Assembly: GCF_963921235.1 (NCBI RefSeq) | Contig: NC_086097.1 | Span: 48,796,001 to 48,860,000 of the forward strand | Length of the DNA stretch: 64,000 bases | DNA from: Mobula hypostoma | Taxonomy: Eukaryota | Reading direction: 5' to 3' | Shown here: piece by piece, positions 49,366 to 61,569 of the stretch | How positions within the stretch are numbered: the stretch's first letter is position 1 | Layout: the number at the start of each line of letters is the position of its first letter | Position numbers and translations under genes: made by a program | The notes under the pieces: model-generated | Told to the model about the DNA's origin: nothing | The model's input: the letters and a program-made list of their open reading frames with translations, nothing else | The model's database searches: none

Positions 49366-51910
49366 TGGAAAATAAGACTTTGGCTTTTTAAGGGAGATTT
49401 GAGGTATCTTTCTTCTCTCAGAGGGTGATGAGACTGTGGAACTCACTTCCAGAAAGGTGAGAGTAAGCTGTGATTTTGAATATTTTAAGGCAAATATGTG
49501 CTGTATAAACAAGAAGGTGAAAAATTACCATGGGTAGACAGAACTACAGAGTGGTGTTCAGTCAGAATGGCCATAACCTTACTGAATGGTGAGGCAGCTC
49601 GAGGATCTGGGTCGTCTTTTTCTGCATTGAGTCGTTTTGCTCATATCCATCTAGTCATGATGTTGATGTGAAAGAGCATTATAAATAGAACAGAGAGCCA
49701 ACTTCTTCCACCAGGTTTTGTTTTGGTGGACTTTGCCCATAACAATAACTATTCCAGTTGTTGAATTTATTTGAAACTTGTGTCACTGATTTGACATAAA
49801 ATGTATCTTATTTCTGGTTTCTCAAATAAAAGTCAGAGTTTACATGAGGAAAATTACTGCACTGTCAGACGGATTGAGCAGGCACTGTGTATTTGACATT
49901 CTACATCAGAACCAAAGCACAACAGAGCAAACTTTGCCCCTGCGTGAATGGGAATAGAGTAGAGAGGTAGGTAATTGTATAACCTGAGAAAAATTAGATA
50001 CCTAAAAGAAATGTCACTGAAGTGAATTCTGGGAAAGGCCTGATCATTTTCCATCTGATTTTCTCAGGCAGTTATTTAATAGCACCACAGATCTGAAAAT
50101 TTCCAACTGACATATGCCTTTATTATTAATCTGTCCGCGTACTAGGAATATCTTTGCTACCAAACACATGAAGCCACTGCTCTTCAGATTGGATGATCTG
50201 TTTTACTATGATATGCAATTTCATGCCAACCTTTAATGTTAGCAAGAAGAAAATTAAACAATTCTTATAAATCAAGAAAAAGAGCTAAGTTTAAAGTGGA
50301 AATGCAGGTGGCTCAGTAGTTATGACCATACTGAAAAACACTACAAAATGTATAATGTTGTATTCACCTCTGACCATCCACCTATCCATAAATATGTAAT
50401 AGACATTGTAGGATATTGAGCTACAAGATCCTCTGAAGCAGCTTAAATATACACAGCTCAAACTGTGTTACATTTCAGGCTCTGCAGTTTGGATTTAATG
50501 TTTTTTTTTAGATTAAAGTGTCATTATAGTCTATTGTGACATTACCACCAATACTGAAAATGTGCACTGATGACATTGATACATTTGGACCAAGTATTGC
50601 GCAGAGCTTGTATTAAAGGTGTGAAAAATCATTTTAGCAGGTACACCCTGCCCATGTTAAAGAGAACTTAATGCATTTTACAACAGTATTATGAGATTTA
50701 TTTTTGTTTCCAGGTTTCTTTGTCTCACAAGGAAATCATAGTTGTCCTATTTTGGTTTGCAGTGCTGACAACCATAAAATGCTAATGCTTCCTTTCTGCC
50801 ATTTTCATCTCTGCTGGAAAGGCTGCAAGGTGAAATATCACAATCGGATCTTAATTCACAATATTCGTAACCCTGTTACATTAAATAATCTACTTGTCTT
50901 GCTGAAGTAAACCAGAAGGGGAGTGAAATTATGAATAGTCTTTTGACTGTATGCTCATAAAATGAAACTCAAACCATTCACTGATAATCCCTTCAAAAAG
51001 AGAATAAAAATGTTAAGCTTTTGCATTAACCAGAGTATTCTGTGAAATGAGAAAAAGAATGGAACAGTGTCTTCTAAAATGTAACTGCGACCAAAATATC
51101 ACTGCAGTATTTGAAAGAGAAAGAAAGAAAATTGTTTTAGCTGGCCAGTGATCTTAATTCTCTTATCCTAACTGTGAAAGCAATATACTGTAATGTATAG
51201 TACTTTGGGGATAGATCTCTTGAGAAACCATAAAAATGTAAATCTCAACAACTGAGGGAATTGAGTCCTTCACTAAGCAAATAAACTAGAGAAACATCTG
51301 AAAGGAATAAGCAGAAGGTAGGCCGATTAGATGCAGAAAAGCAGTAAGAGTTTCATCTGATAAATCTTTTTTCCCCTGACTCTCTGCTGAACAGTCCATC
51401 TGCCATTGCAGCCTTTGTTTAATTTAATACTGTTGAAATTTAAGGCCCAAAATTATTTTTTTTAAAAATTTGCTTCATGATGGAGCTAATTTACTTTTGG
51501 CAGGAACTTGACAGCTGGAAAGGCCAACCTGGAATTGCAGCATTTTCTGATTCATTCGTGACATGAACTGCACACTTCAATTTTGGCAACAAATCAGTGT
51601 TACGCTTTCATTTTATTCCTGTTTTATTTCAGGTCTCCCTTGGACCACATTGTAAGAACTACTTTAGTTTGGAATTACTCTTGAAAAATACTACTCTGCT
51701 TTTAAGATGTTAATTGTACCCTCACTGAACTTCAAAATGCTACATTTGAAAATTTTCAGCTTTTTTGTAGTTAGGAAAACGATAAGTTTGATTTCTCTTC
51801 TTGCCTGCTTTCTTCAGAAAATGCAGTTACATTGCAGTATTGCTTCTCTGACTTTCATTGACACATTATTGTTAGTTCAGACATGAGCTACAAAGTCACC
51901 ACCCAACAAT

Positions 51911-52046
51911 AGACACAAGAGGTTCCACAGATGCTGGAAATCTTGAGCAACACCCCTCAAATGCTGGAGGAACTCAGCAAGTCAGGCAGCATCTATGGAG
52001 GGAGAACAAACAGCTGATGTTTCGGGCCGAGGCCCTTCACCAGGGA
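51911..52046 (-). mobile_element. Penelope-derived terminal fragment with a decayed hammerhead
   Basis: Minus strand cCTGGTGAagggcctcggcccGAAACATCagctg followed by the gatgctgcctgacttgctgag terminus. Confidence 0.7.
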
Positions 52047-53093
52047 TCCACAATGTAAACAAAAAAACTAGCAAAATCAATCAACAATTGTTGGAATCAA
52101 GACTACTTCAATTCATCATTTTAGAAAAGATTAACAATATCACTAAATTGATTTAAAAGAATAACACAAGCCATCCAAAATTCTTCTGTGAAAGATCAGT
52201 TTACTTTTCTTCACCTATAAAAACTCTCATTGTAATGAACATTATGTGATATTATATCTGATTTTGATTTGCACATTATAGAGACAAAAGGGCAAAGCAC
52301 CTCTTCAGATATTTTTTATAACCTATGAAAAAACACAATTTTCTTCAATTATAATTATAAAAAATTAAAAATTATTTTCAAATTGTACCAAAGTAAAAAG
52401 AAATTGAGAAAAAAAATCAAGACCTAGCATTACTCAAAAATTCACATTAGAAAGTCATTTAGTCATATTAAATCATATGCTATTCAAACAATTCTACATT
52501 AGTGCATCCCTCCTGGTTAATGCAGCATGCAGTAAACAACAGCTTAATTAGGAATGACAGGTTGTTTCTTACACCACACAAATGACTGGCATAAAACTAT
52601 ATTGAAGCCTACATTACTCTGCACACTGAAGTATTAGAAAGCTTTACTTGTACCTGCCTGGAATGGTTCATGCAAACAAAAATGCCATCACACATAGTCT
52701 GCCTTAACTATGCCAATAAAATGGATTCTAATGACACAGGTTTTTAACTAATTGGGGGAAAAGGGATCAATTAAAATAAGGTGAGTTACTCAGCTCATGA
52801 TCAACACAGAAGAAGATCGACGATATTTCAATATGCAGACTGGGACTGATGATGTCATGATGTGCAATTTTAATTGGACATCTGTGCTGGGGGACATGCT
52901 GGCATCCCATACAGGCTGAACCCACAGGGGCTGGGTGGGGGCAGGTCATGCGTTAGAGGGGCAGATGAAGGTTACATTAGATGCTTTATTTTAGACTTTA
53001 TTGTTGATTGAACAAGAGTTTTTCAACAGGCTCCCCAACCCAAGTGCCAGCCAGTTCTCTTTCCATTTTAATACAACCTAATAATACCTTCCT

Positions 53094-53390
53094 TGGGTGC
53101 TACAGTAGCCCTGCAGTTAGCATGACACTATTACAGTTCAGAGTTCAATTCTGGCACCATTCCGTAAGGAATTTCTGTACGTCCTCTCCATATTTTCTCT
53201 GGTGCTCCAGTTTCCTCCCACAGTCCAGAGACATACCAAGTAGGTTAAATGGCCATTGTAAATTATCCCGTGATTACATTAGAGTTACCGTAATCAGGAG
53301 TTGTGGAGTTGCTGGGGCGACATGGTTTGAAGGGCCAGAAGGCCCTACCCCATGCAGTACTGCTAAATAAAATGAAGTAAATAAAAACCT
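53094..53390 (+). mobile_element. V-SINE (HE1-like)
   Basis: B box gagttcaattct, V domain gtgctccagtttcctcccacagtcca, A-rich tail; similar to 13346-13622. Confidence 0.8.
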
Positions 53391-53668
53391 GGCCTCCTCT
53401 TCCGATCTTTACTGCAGGCCTACCCAAGCCTTCACCCTTATAAGCATATACCATGACAAACCTCATTCTCTGGACATGGCATTCAGCACCCTGAGCAAAC
53501 ATTACTCCTTCCACAGGCACACAGTGCCTGTACTATGTACTAGCTACCGAATGCTCTGCTGTTACCTGCTTTGCCAACAAAGGAGTATCTTTCAACTCTG
53601 TTACTAAAAAGAACAAGAGCAGCAATCCAACACCTGCAGGTTCCCTTCAAACCTCACCCCCTCCTCAA

Positions 53669-54336
53669 GGAGGAAGAGAAGATGGCGGCGCAATGGCAGC
53701 GCCCGCAGCCTCTCTGGTGATGAATATCTGTTATCTGTCAAGTAGGGGATTTGATGGAGACAGCCGTGAGGGTACGGAGAACATCTGGAAAACTTCTGAA
53801 ATGCCCGCTTTGCTGCTGCTGCTACTGTGTGGTAAACGGAATCTCAGGAGCAGAAGGCCCTGAAATCCTCGGCTTTGCTTGTTTTGGCGGCTGGGGCGAG
53901 GTCGAAGGCGGCCGGCAGAGGATGGCACTCGGGAGGCTGTATCGGAGGGGCTGGTCGGAGGCTCGAAGTTTTCGGACGGATGGACTCAGTGTCGGCTGTG
54001 GTCGGCTGCTTCCAAGTCATCGGAAAGTCAACGGTGCCTGGAGGTTTATGGCAGGGAGTTTCTCCCTTTTGCCGCCTGCTAGCAGGGACTCAGGAGTCGA
54101 TCAACTCGGGGACTTTGAGGTTTTTTTTACCGAGCCCATGGTTGTTCTTCATCAAATTATGGTATTGCTTTGCACTGCTGTAACAATATGTTATAATTAT
54201 GTGGTTCTCTCAGTGTTGGTCTTTGGTTTGTCCTGTTTTCTGTGATATCACTCCAGAGAAACATTGTATCATTTCTTAATGCATGTATGCATTTCTAAAT
54301 GACAATAGAAGAGGACTGAGTGTTCTCATAATCTAA
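53669..54336 (+). mobile_element. Probable non-autonomous LINE-derived element (GC-rich 5' UTR-like head + Rex-type 3' UTR)
   Basis: Starts ggaggaagagAAGATGGCGGC (YY1 motif); CpG-rich body; ends in an AT-rich ttgcactgctgtaac...aatctaat tail; no RT. Confidence 0.55.
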
Positions 54337-54672
54337 TTTTGTCAGTCCATCATCACCGCAGGAAGGTCAGGCTGGTGGTGGGGTGAGACCTTCACCAGAA
54401 GAAATGCAGCAGTTCAAGAAGATGGTTCACCATCACTTTCTCAAGGACATTAAGGTTGGGCAACAAATGTTGGACTTGACAGCAACACCCAGATCCTGGG
54501 AAATCAACTAATCGTCATCCTCCTTTCCACACCACCTTACCTTTGGATCAAGGATGATTTGCATCCATTCTAGATCTGTGGGTTATAAGGTGGATAATGA
54601 GGTCAATGTAGAAACCAGAGGCTTTTCTAGAGAAAGGGCAGTAAGTGACTATATTGTAAGATGGGGTATTTC

Positions 54673-55704
54673 ATGACTGTGTGGCTAAGCACAGCTCAAA
54701 TACCATCTATAAATTTGCTGATAATACAACCATTGTTGGTAGAATCTCAGCTGGTGATGAGAGGGCATACAGGAGCGAGATATACCAACTAGTGGAGTGG
54801 TGTTGCAGCATCTACCTAGCACTCAATCTCAGTAAGACGAAAGAACTGATTGTGGACTTCAGGAAGGGTAAGACAAAGGAACACATACGAATCCTCGTAG
54901 AGGAATCAGAACTGGAGAGAGGCAGCAGTATCAAGTTCCTGGGTGTCAAGATCTCTGAGGACCTAACCTGGTCCCAACATATGGATGCAGTTGTAAAGAA
55001 GGCAAGACAGGGACTATACTTCATTAGGAGTTCGAAGAGATTTGGTATGTCAACAAATACACACAAAAACTTCTGTAGATGTACCATGGAGAGCATTCTG
55101 ACAGGCTGCATCACTGTCTGGTGTAGGGGGACTACTGCACAGGACAGAAAGAAGCTGCAGAGGGTTGTAAATCTAGTCAGCTCCATCTTGGGTACTAGAC
55201 TACAAAGTACCCAGGACATCTTTAGAGAACAGTGTCTCAGAAAGGCAGCATCCATTATTAAGGACCTCCAGCACCCAGGGCATGCCCTTTTCTCACTGTT
55301 ACCATCAGTTTGGAGGTACAGAAGCCTGAAGGCACACACTCAGTGATTCAGGAACACAAAATACCCTGCAGATGCTGGGGTCAAAGCAGCACTCACAAAA
55401 CACTGGAGGATCTCAGCAGGTCGGACAGCATCCATGGAAATGTTCAGTGATTCAGGAACAGCTTCTTCCCCTATGTCATCCGATTCCTAAATGGACATTG
55501 AACCGTTGAACACTACCTCACTTTTTAAAATATATATTATTTCCATTTTTGCACAATTTTTAATCTATTCAATATACGTATACTGTAATTGATTGATTTA
55601 TTTATTATTTTTTTTCTTCTATACTATGTATTGCATTGAACTGCTGCTGCTAAGTTAAAAATTTCATGACTCATGCTGGTGATAATAAACCTGATTCTGA
55701 TTCT
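54673..55704 (+). mobile_element. Rex1/Babar LINE, 5'-truncated
   Basis: ORF 54681-55346 IYKFADNTTIVGRI...LNLSKTKELIVDFRK; tail aataaacctgattctgattct. Confidence 0.9.
55357..55443 (-). mobile_element. Short Penelope-derived terminal fragment with a 17-bp TSD
   Basis: TSD tcagtgattcaggaaca (55340-55356 and 55444-55460); body ctgcagatgctgg...ctcagcaggtcggacagcatc. Confidence 0.8.
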
Positions 55705-56255
55705 ACTGCCACTTATGCAAAGCATTCTGATGCACAGCCTTGGTATTCTGAACGTCCATTTTGAGTGGTTGTGGGCTAGAAGTTCGTAGGATGTTGCACA
55801 TCTTCAAGGAAGTTTGCAGTCAAAAATTAATGGAGTCATGGATAAACAAAGAGAGTTGCCCTTGTTAACTCAGTACAAAGCCTGCAGTAAAAATCAATTC
55901 AAGTATTCTCACTAACATATCTCAAATGTTCCTCTCCTTGCTATTTGTTTATCTTCTGCTCATAACAGTTCCCTCTTTTAACAAGTGGTCAAACAACAGA
56001 TCAGTTTATTTGGGCTAGCTTGACAATATATATCAGGAAATACTGATTTTCCAACTTTTTTGATGTTTGATCTCATAGATAAAACTTCGGTGACTTGTAC
56101 ACGGTGTTCTATAGTTGGGGAATCTAGTACCAGAGGGCACAACCTCTGAATAGAGGGACGTCAATTTAGAACAGAGATGAAGAGGAATTTCTTCAGCTAG
56201 AAGGTGGTGAATCTGTGGAATCTGTGGAATTTGTTGCCACAGGCGGCCATGGAGG

Positions 56256-57678
56256 TCAACAAGAAGCTCAGAGACCTCGGCCTTGACCCTGCCTTGTGCA
56301 GCTGGATCCTGGACTTCCTGTTGTAAGAGTGGGCTCCCTCACCTCCAACCCCCTAAATCTCAATACAGGAGCCCTTCAGGGCTGCGTACCGAGTCCCCTC
56401 CTTTACTCCCTGTATACCCATGACGGTATCTTCACCCACAGCTCCAATCTGCTAATTAAATTTACCAATGACACTGCATTGATTGGCCTTATCTCAAACA
56501 ATAACGAGATGGCCTACAGGGAGGAAGTCATCTCTCTGACACAGCGGTGTCAAGAAAACAACCTCTCCCTCAATGTCACAAAAACAAAGGAGCTGGTTGT
56601 GGATTACAGGAGGAACGGAGACGGGCTAACCCCTATTGATATCAATGGATCTGGGGTTGAGAGGATAAACAGCTTCAAGTTCCTCAGCATCCATATCACT
56701 AAGGACCTCACATGGTCTGTACACTCCAGCTGTGTGGTGAAAAAGGCACAACTGTGCCTCTTTCACCTCAGATGGTTGAGGAAGTTTGCTATCGGCCCCC
56801 AGATCCTAAGAACTTTCTACAGGGACACATCTGAGAGCATCCTGACTGGCTGCATCACTGCCTGGTATGGGAACTGTACCTCTCTTAATCACAGGACTCT
56901 GCAGAGAGTGGTGTGGACAGCCCAGCGCATCTGTAGATGTGAACTTCCCATGATTCAAGACATTTACAAAGACAGGTGTGAGAAAAGGGCCCGTAGGATC
57001 ATTGGGAACCCAAGTCACCCCAACCACAATCTATTCCAGCTGCTACCATCCAGAAAGTAGTACAGCAGCATAAAAGCCAGGACCAACAGGCTCCAGGACA
57101 GCTTCTTCCACCAGGCCATCAGACTGATTAACTCACACTGATTTGAGTGTACTCTATATTACATTGACTGTTCTATTTATTATAAATTATTATAAATTAC
57201 TATGATTGCACATGGCACTGTCATGGTCCCTTCTGGCAATCCCCCACCTTGCTATTTACCACAGGAATTGGGTCTCAATTACCTCATTTAATTTCCTATC
57301 ATTCCCAGGTTCCACTAACTACACACACCTGCTTCCCATCAGAAACTGCAGGATAAAGACCCTGTGATCACAACAAGGAGCTGCCAGTTCGTTAGTCAAC
57401 TTGTGTATGAGTAACCTCGTTCCATGGTTCTTAGGACTATCAGTTCTAAGTCTAGCATCATTCCTGAATTCCCTACTAAAACCAAGACTCCTGGTAAAGA
57501 CTCTCTTGGACACCAATTCCACACTCGCTACCACTGTAACGCCTCCGCGTCCGTGTTCAGCACTTGGGTTTGTTCCACCACCACATCCTTGTAACAGGCA
57601 CATTTAGATGGAGATGTAACATAAAGATTTTTACTCCTCATTTATGTGAAGGATGTAAGAAATAAAGAAATAAAGAAA
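56256..57678 (+). mobile_element. Rex1/Babar LINE (different subfamily), 5'-truncated
   Basis: ORF 56296-57060 LNTGALQGCVPSPLLYSLYTHD...LNVTKTKELVVDYRR; tail (aagaaata)n. Confidence 0.9.
57219..57596. mobile_element. Solo LTR (378 bp), probably Gypsy
   Basis: TGTCA...TAACA ends; perfect 5-bp TSD ggcac (57214-57218 and 57597-57601). Confidence 0.85.
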
Positions 57679-57970
57679 TTGTATGTAAAGCAGAGGTTGA
57701 TAGATTCTTGATAAGTCAGGGTGTGAAACATTACGGGGAGAAATTAGGAGAATGGGTTTGAGAGGGAAGTGGATCAGCCATGATCAAGTGGCAGAGCAGA
57801 CTCGATGGGCCAAAAGGCCTAATTCTGCCCCTATGTCTTATGGACTTATCATCTTACGGTCATGCATACACAGCATGAAACAGATTACAGTTGTAGTCAT
57901 TACCACACCTAGATTGTGAAGTGTACAGAAGCCAATTAAATGAAATACTCAGACAAATCATATAAAGATC

Positions 57971-58257
57971 TTCCTCTGGGTTCCCCCCACCTTGTCTTTC
58001 TTCCCGGACCTCCTGTCCCATGATCCTCTCGTATCCCCTTTTGCCTATCACCTGTCCAGCTCTTGGCTCCACCCCTCCCCCTCCTGTCTTCTCCTATCAT
58101 TTTGGATCTCCCGCTCCCCCTCCAACTTTCAAATCCCTTACTCACTCTTCCTTCAGTTAGCCCTGACGAAGGGTCTCGGCCTGAAACGTCGACTGCACCT
58201 CTTCCTACAGATGCTGCCTGGCCTGCTGCGTTCACCAGCAACTTTGATGTGTGTTGC
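57971..58257 (+). mobile_element. Penelope-like 3' terminal fragment, same family as the palindrome
   Basis: Close match to 29883-30168. Confidence 0.9.
58158..58195 (+). ncRNA. Minimal type I hammerhead motif
   Basis: tagcc-CTGACGA-agggtctcggcct-GAAAC-GTC^gactg; core and GUC intact, one stem I mismatch. Confidence 0.65.
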
Positions 58258-58544
58258 AGTGATTTTACCCCCAAGGTTTAGTCTACAGGTCCCTAAGTCT
58301 GAAGGGTCGAGGAGATAGGAGATGTTGGAGCTGTATTACTGCCTGATATTCACCCACCCACGTCAGAGTTTTATCTGAGCTGGATGCAGAGAGTGTCCAA
58401 GCCTAGAAACTGTCCTTGGATGGTGCAGCAAGTAAATACCATCTCCAAAAATGCCCTAATAGTCCAAACAGTTAGGGACCCACCTTTGCCAGTTATAAGA
58501 AAATCATAAAAAATACATTTTTAAATTATTAGTATTTTTAAATG

Positions 58545-60323
58545 CACACAGTGGTCACTTCATTCGGTATCCCTTGTACCTATTGAAGTGGCCCCTGAGG
58601 GTACGTTTGCAGTTTCGTGCTGCTGTAGACCATCCCCCTTCAAGGTTCAATGCATCGTGTGCTCAGAGATGCTCTTCTGCACACCACTGTTGTAATACAT
58701 GTTCATCTGAGTTACTGTCGCCTTCCTGTCAGCTTGAACCAGTCTGGCCATTCTCCTCTGACCACTCTCATTTACAAGGCTTTCTTATCCACAGAACTGA
58801 TGCTCACTGGATATTTTTTATTTTTTGCACCATTCTCTATAAACTCTAGAGACTGTTGTGTGTGAAAATCCCAAGAAATCAGCAGTTTCTGAGATTCTCA
58901 AACTACCCTATCTGACAACAACAATCAGCACAGTCAGTCAGTTACATCAGGTGTCCCCAACCTTTTTTGCACCGCGGACCGGTTTATTACTGACAATATT
59001 CTTTCGGACTGGCCGACCCGGGGGGTGGGGGGCGGGGGGTAGGGTTGCCAACGGACAAGAGTAGCAGTTAAATACGTTGTGTTTACCCTGAGAAAGACTA
59101 CCATGACCATGAAGCCTTGCGCGGGCACCTGTGTGCGCATGCGTGTGCGTGCCAATTTTTTTCTACAAATCATTTTTGGCAATTCTGTTCGGCGGGGGAG
59201 GGGGTGTTAATCACAACCGGAATATAGGTGGCAAGTGGCTAATACACTCAATTTCATTTCTAAAAGGGTTTATCTAACGAATTTAATATTAAACACACAG
59301 CACATGAATATAGTGATAAGTCAATTATCAGGGGAGGACAGGAGAGCGTGAAGTAAGTGTTGAACGAACTTCCAGTAGAAGTGGTAGAGGCAGGTTCGAT
59401 ATTATCAGTTAAAGAAAAATTGAATAGGTATATGGACAGGAAAGGAATGGAGGGTTATGGGCTGAGTGCAGGTCGGTGGGACTAGGTCAGAGTAGCGTTC
59501 GGCACGGACTAGGAGGGGAGAGATGGCCTGTTTCCGTGTTGTAATTGTTATATGGTTATATAAGTCACTTATAAGTCAATAGCATCATAACATTTTAAGT
59601 AATGTTTGGATATTAAACACACAGCACATATTTTCCCAGTATGAACATATAAAATCATTGCAACACACCAATATCGCTGAATCAGTGGGAGCCCTAGGCT
59701 TGTTTCCCTGCAACAAGATGGTGCCATCCAGGGGTGATGGGAGACAGCGATACTCGAAGGGGGTTCCTTATGTCCAGTCTATTCTGCAATTCAGTTTTCG
59801 TTGCATCCATTGCAGAGATATGTTGGAAATGGAAGCAGCGTTTTCAGTGCTTTCGTGGCTATCTCAGGATAGTTAGCCTTGACTTTGATCCAGAATGCCG
59901 GCAGAGATGTTATGTCAAACATACTTTTCAGCCCACCGTCATTTGCAAGCTCGAGGATTTGATCTCCTTCCCGTGCTGACATGGATGACGCGCGCATAAT
60001 GACCCCGTGTGAGTTCAAGCTCAACAGTGGGCGTGACAGGGAATGAGGAAAGGTGCAGCTGACTCATATCGCCAAATCATATTGTTTCCTCGCGGCCCGG
60101 TAGCACATGCTTTGCGGCCCGGTACGGGTCCCGCGGCCCAGTGGTTGGGGACCACTGACTTACATCACATTTCTTCCCCATTCTGAAGTTCGATCTAAAC
60201 AACAACCTCTTGATCATGTCTGCATGCTTTTATGCATTGAGTTACTGCCACAGGATTGACTGATTAAATAACTGTATTAACAAGCAGCTGTATAGGAGTA
60301 CCTAATGAAGTGGCCAGTGAGTA
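58545..60323. mobile_element. Tc1/mariner-derived MITE, interrupted by hAT copy 2
   Basis: Left TIR cacacagtggtcacttcattcggtatc; right TIR gtacctaatgaagtggccagtgagt followed by TA. Confidence 0.75.
58948..60157 (-). mobile_element. Non-autonomous hAT-Charlie (Charlie3/MER1-like) transposon, copy 2
   Basis: TIRs caggtgtccccaacc and ggttggggaccactg; 8-bp TSD agttacat/acttacat (7 of 8 match); reverse complement of 38491-39681. Confidence 0.92.
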
Positions 60324-61569
60324 TATATACATATAGTTAAAAAGATTTTTAAAAAGCAGAGAAAATGGATTTTAAACATTAACTTATTATTTCTCTCTTC
60401 AATCATTTGGGTCCTGGTTTGTGTTCCTTGTCTCACCTAGCTAAGACAGGGATTTCATCACTGGCAAGAATCAGCACAGTTCAGACCCCATCAGACCACA
60501 CTTTGACAGCAGAACCTTTACTGAGCTAAAGGAAGCAGGGGTAACTCTGACTAAAGACAGATCACATTGGGTATTCTTCAACAGAAACCCCCAACCCGCG
60601 ATGCTTCCTTATCTATTTCTGTTGCTATCTGGAGCCCTCAGTGCAGTATTTTGACATCGATGCTCATCATGGCCTGAAGTTTGAGATCGAAAGTCACACT
60701 CAGTTTGTCAATGACATCACACTTTACAGAATGATTAATTCCACAACTAGTAGGTTATCAGCAGAATGCTGCAGACAAATGGCAGTTAGCATTCAGAGCA
60801 AAGGAGTATTGTGAACACCGAGAATATTAAATTATATTTGGAAAAAAAATTGATTGCAGCATTTTCCCTCAATACCACAAAATGCAAATAACTGCACAGG
60901 GATCATTAGGCCTCCTCATTGTTAGAGCAGCAGCTTGAATAATGAGCAACATATAACAGATAACCACCAATTAGAATGCAGTCACTCCATGGCAGACACT
61001 GCTATATACATTCTTGCAATGAATTGCTGCACAAAACAGACTTGACATCATCATCCTCCACTTGACCTTAGCCACCATGCATATATATCATCTCCTACTG
61101 CTGAAAAATCCATGAGTCGACATCCAGTTCTTGCTGCTTTAATACCCCACAACACAGAGGGTGTTTTGTGACCCTGTACTTCACTTTTTTGGCAGTGAAC
61201 AAAGAATACATTTGACCCCCTGATCGAGAGAGATGGGAAAGGGATACAACTGGTTACTGGAGGACATGTGCTTTTTCTGATGGTTGCCGACTCGGTCCTG
61301 CATTTTTGTGGGCTCATGGAATAGTTCCTGTATATCCTAGTGGTTTTTCTTTATGCATGCATCACACAGAGTAAGGTAGCTGAAGGGCGGGAATTGTCCT
61401 GAGAGGTACTCCCTCATTTGTGCTGCAAAATGTGTGGGAACTGACTGCTGGACTGTAATGGAGTCATTATCAGGGTAAAGTCCACATGGTGACTACAGAT
61501 AAGACTCTGGAATCTGTTAATGCACTCCTTATGCATTTTGTGGCACTTAAGATAACTGCAGAGAAAGGC

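Larger units (their letters stand above)
56110..57847 (+). mobile_element. CR1 3' fragment (56110-56255 and 57680-57847) split by a Rex1/Babar insertion
   Basis: The RGHNL..FF...VVNLWN remnant resumes as aaagcagaggttgatagattcttg at about 57687. Confidence 0.75.
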
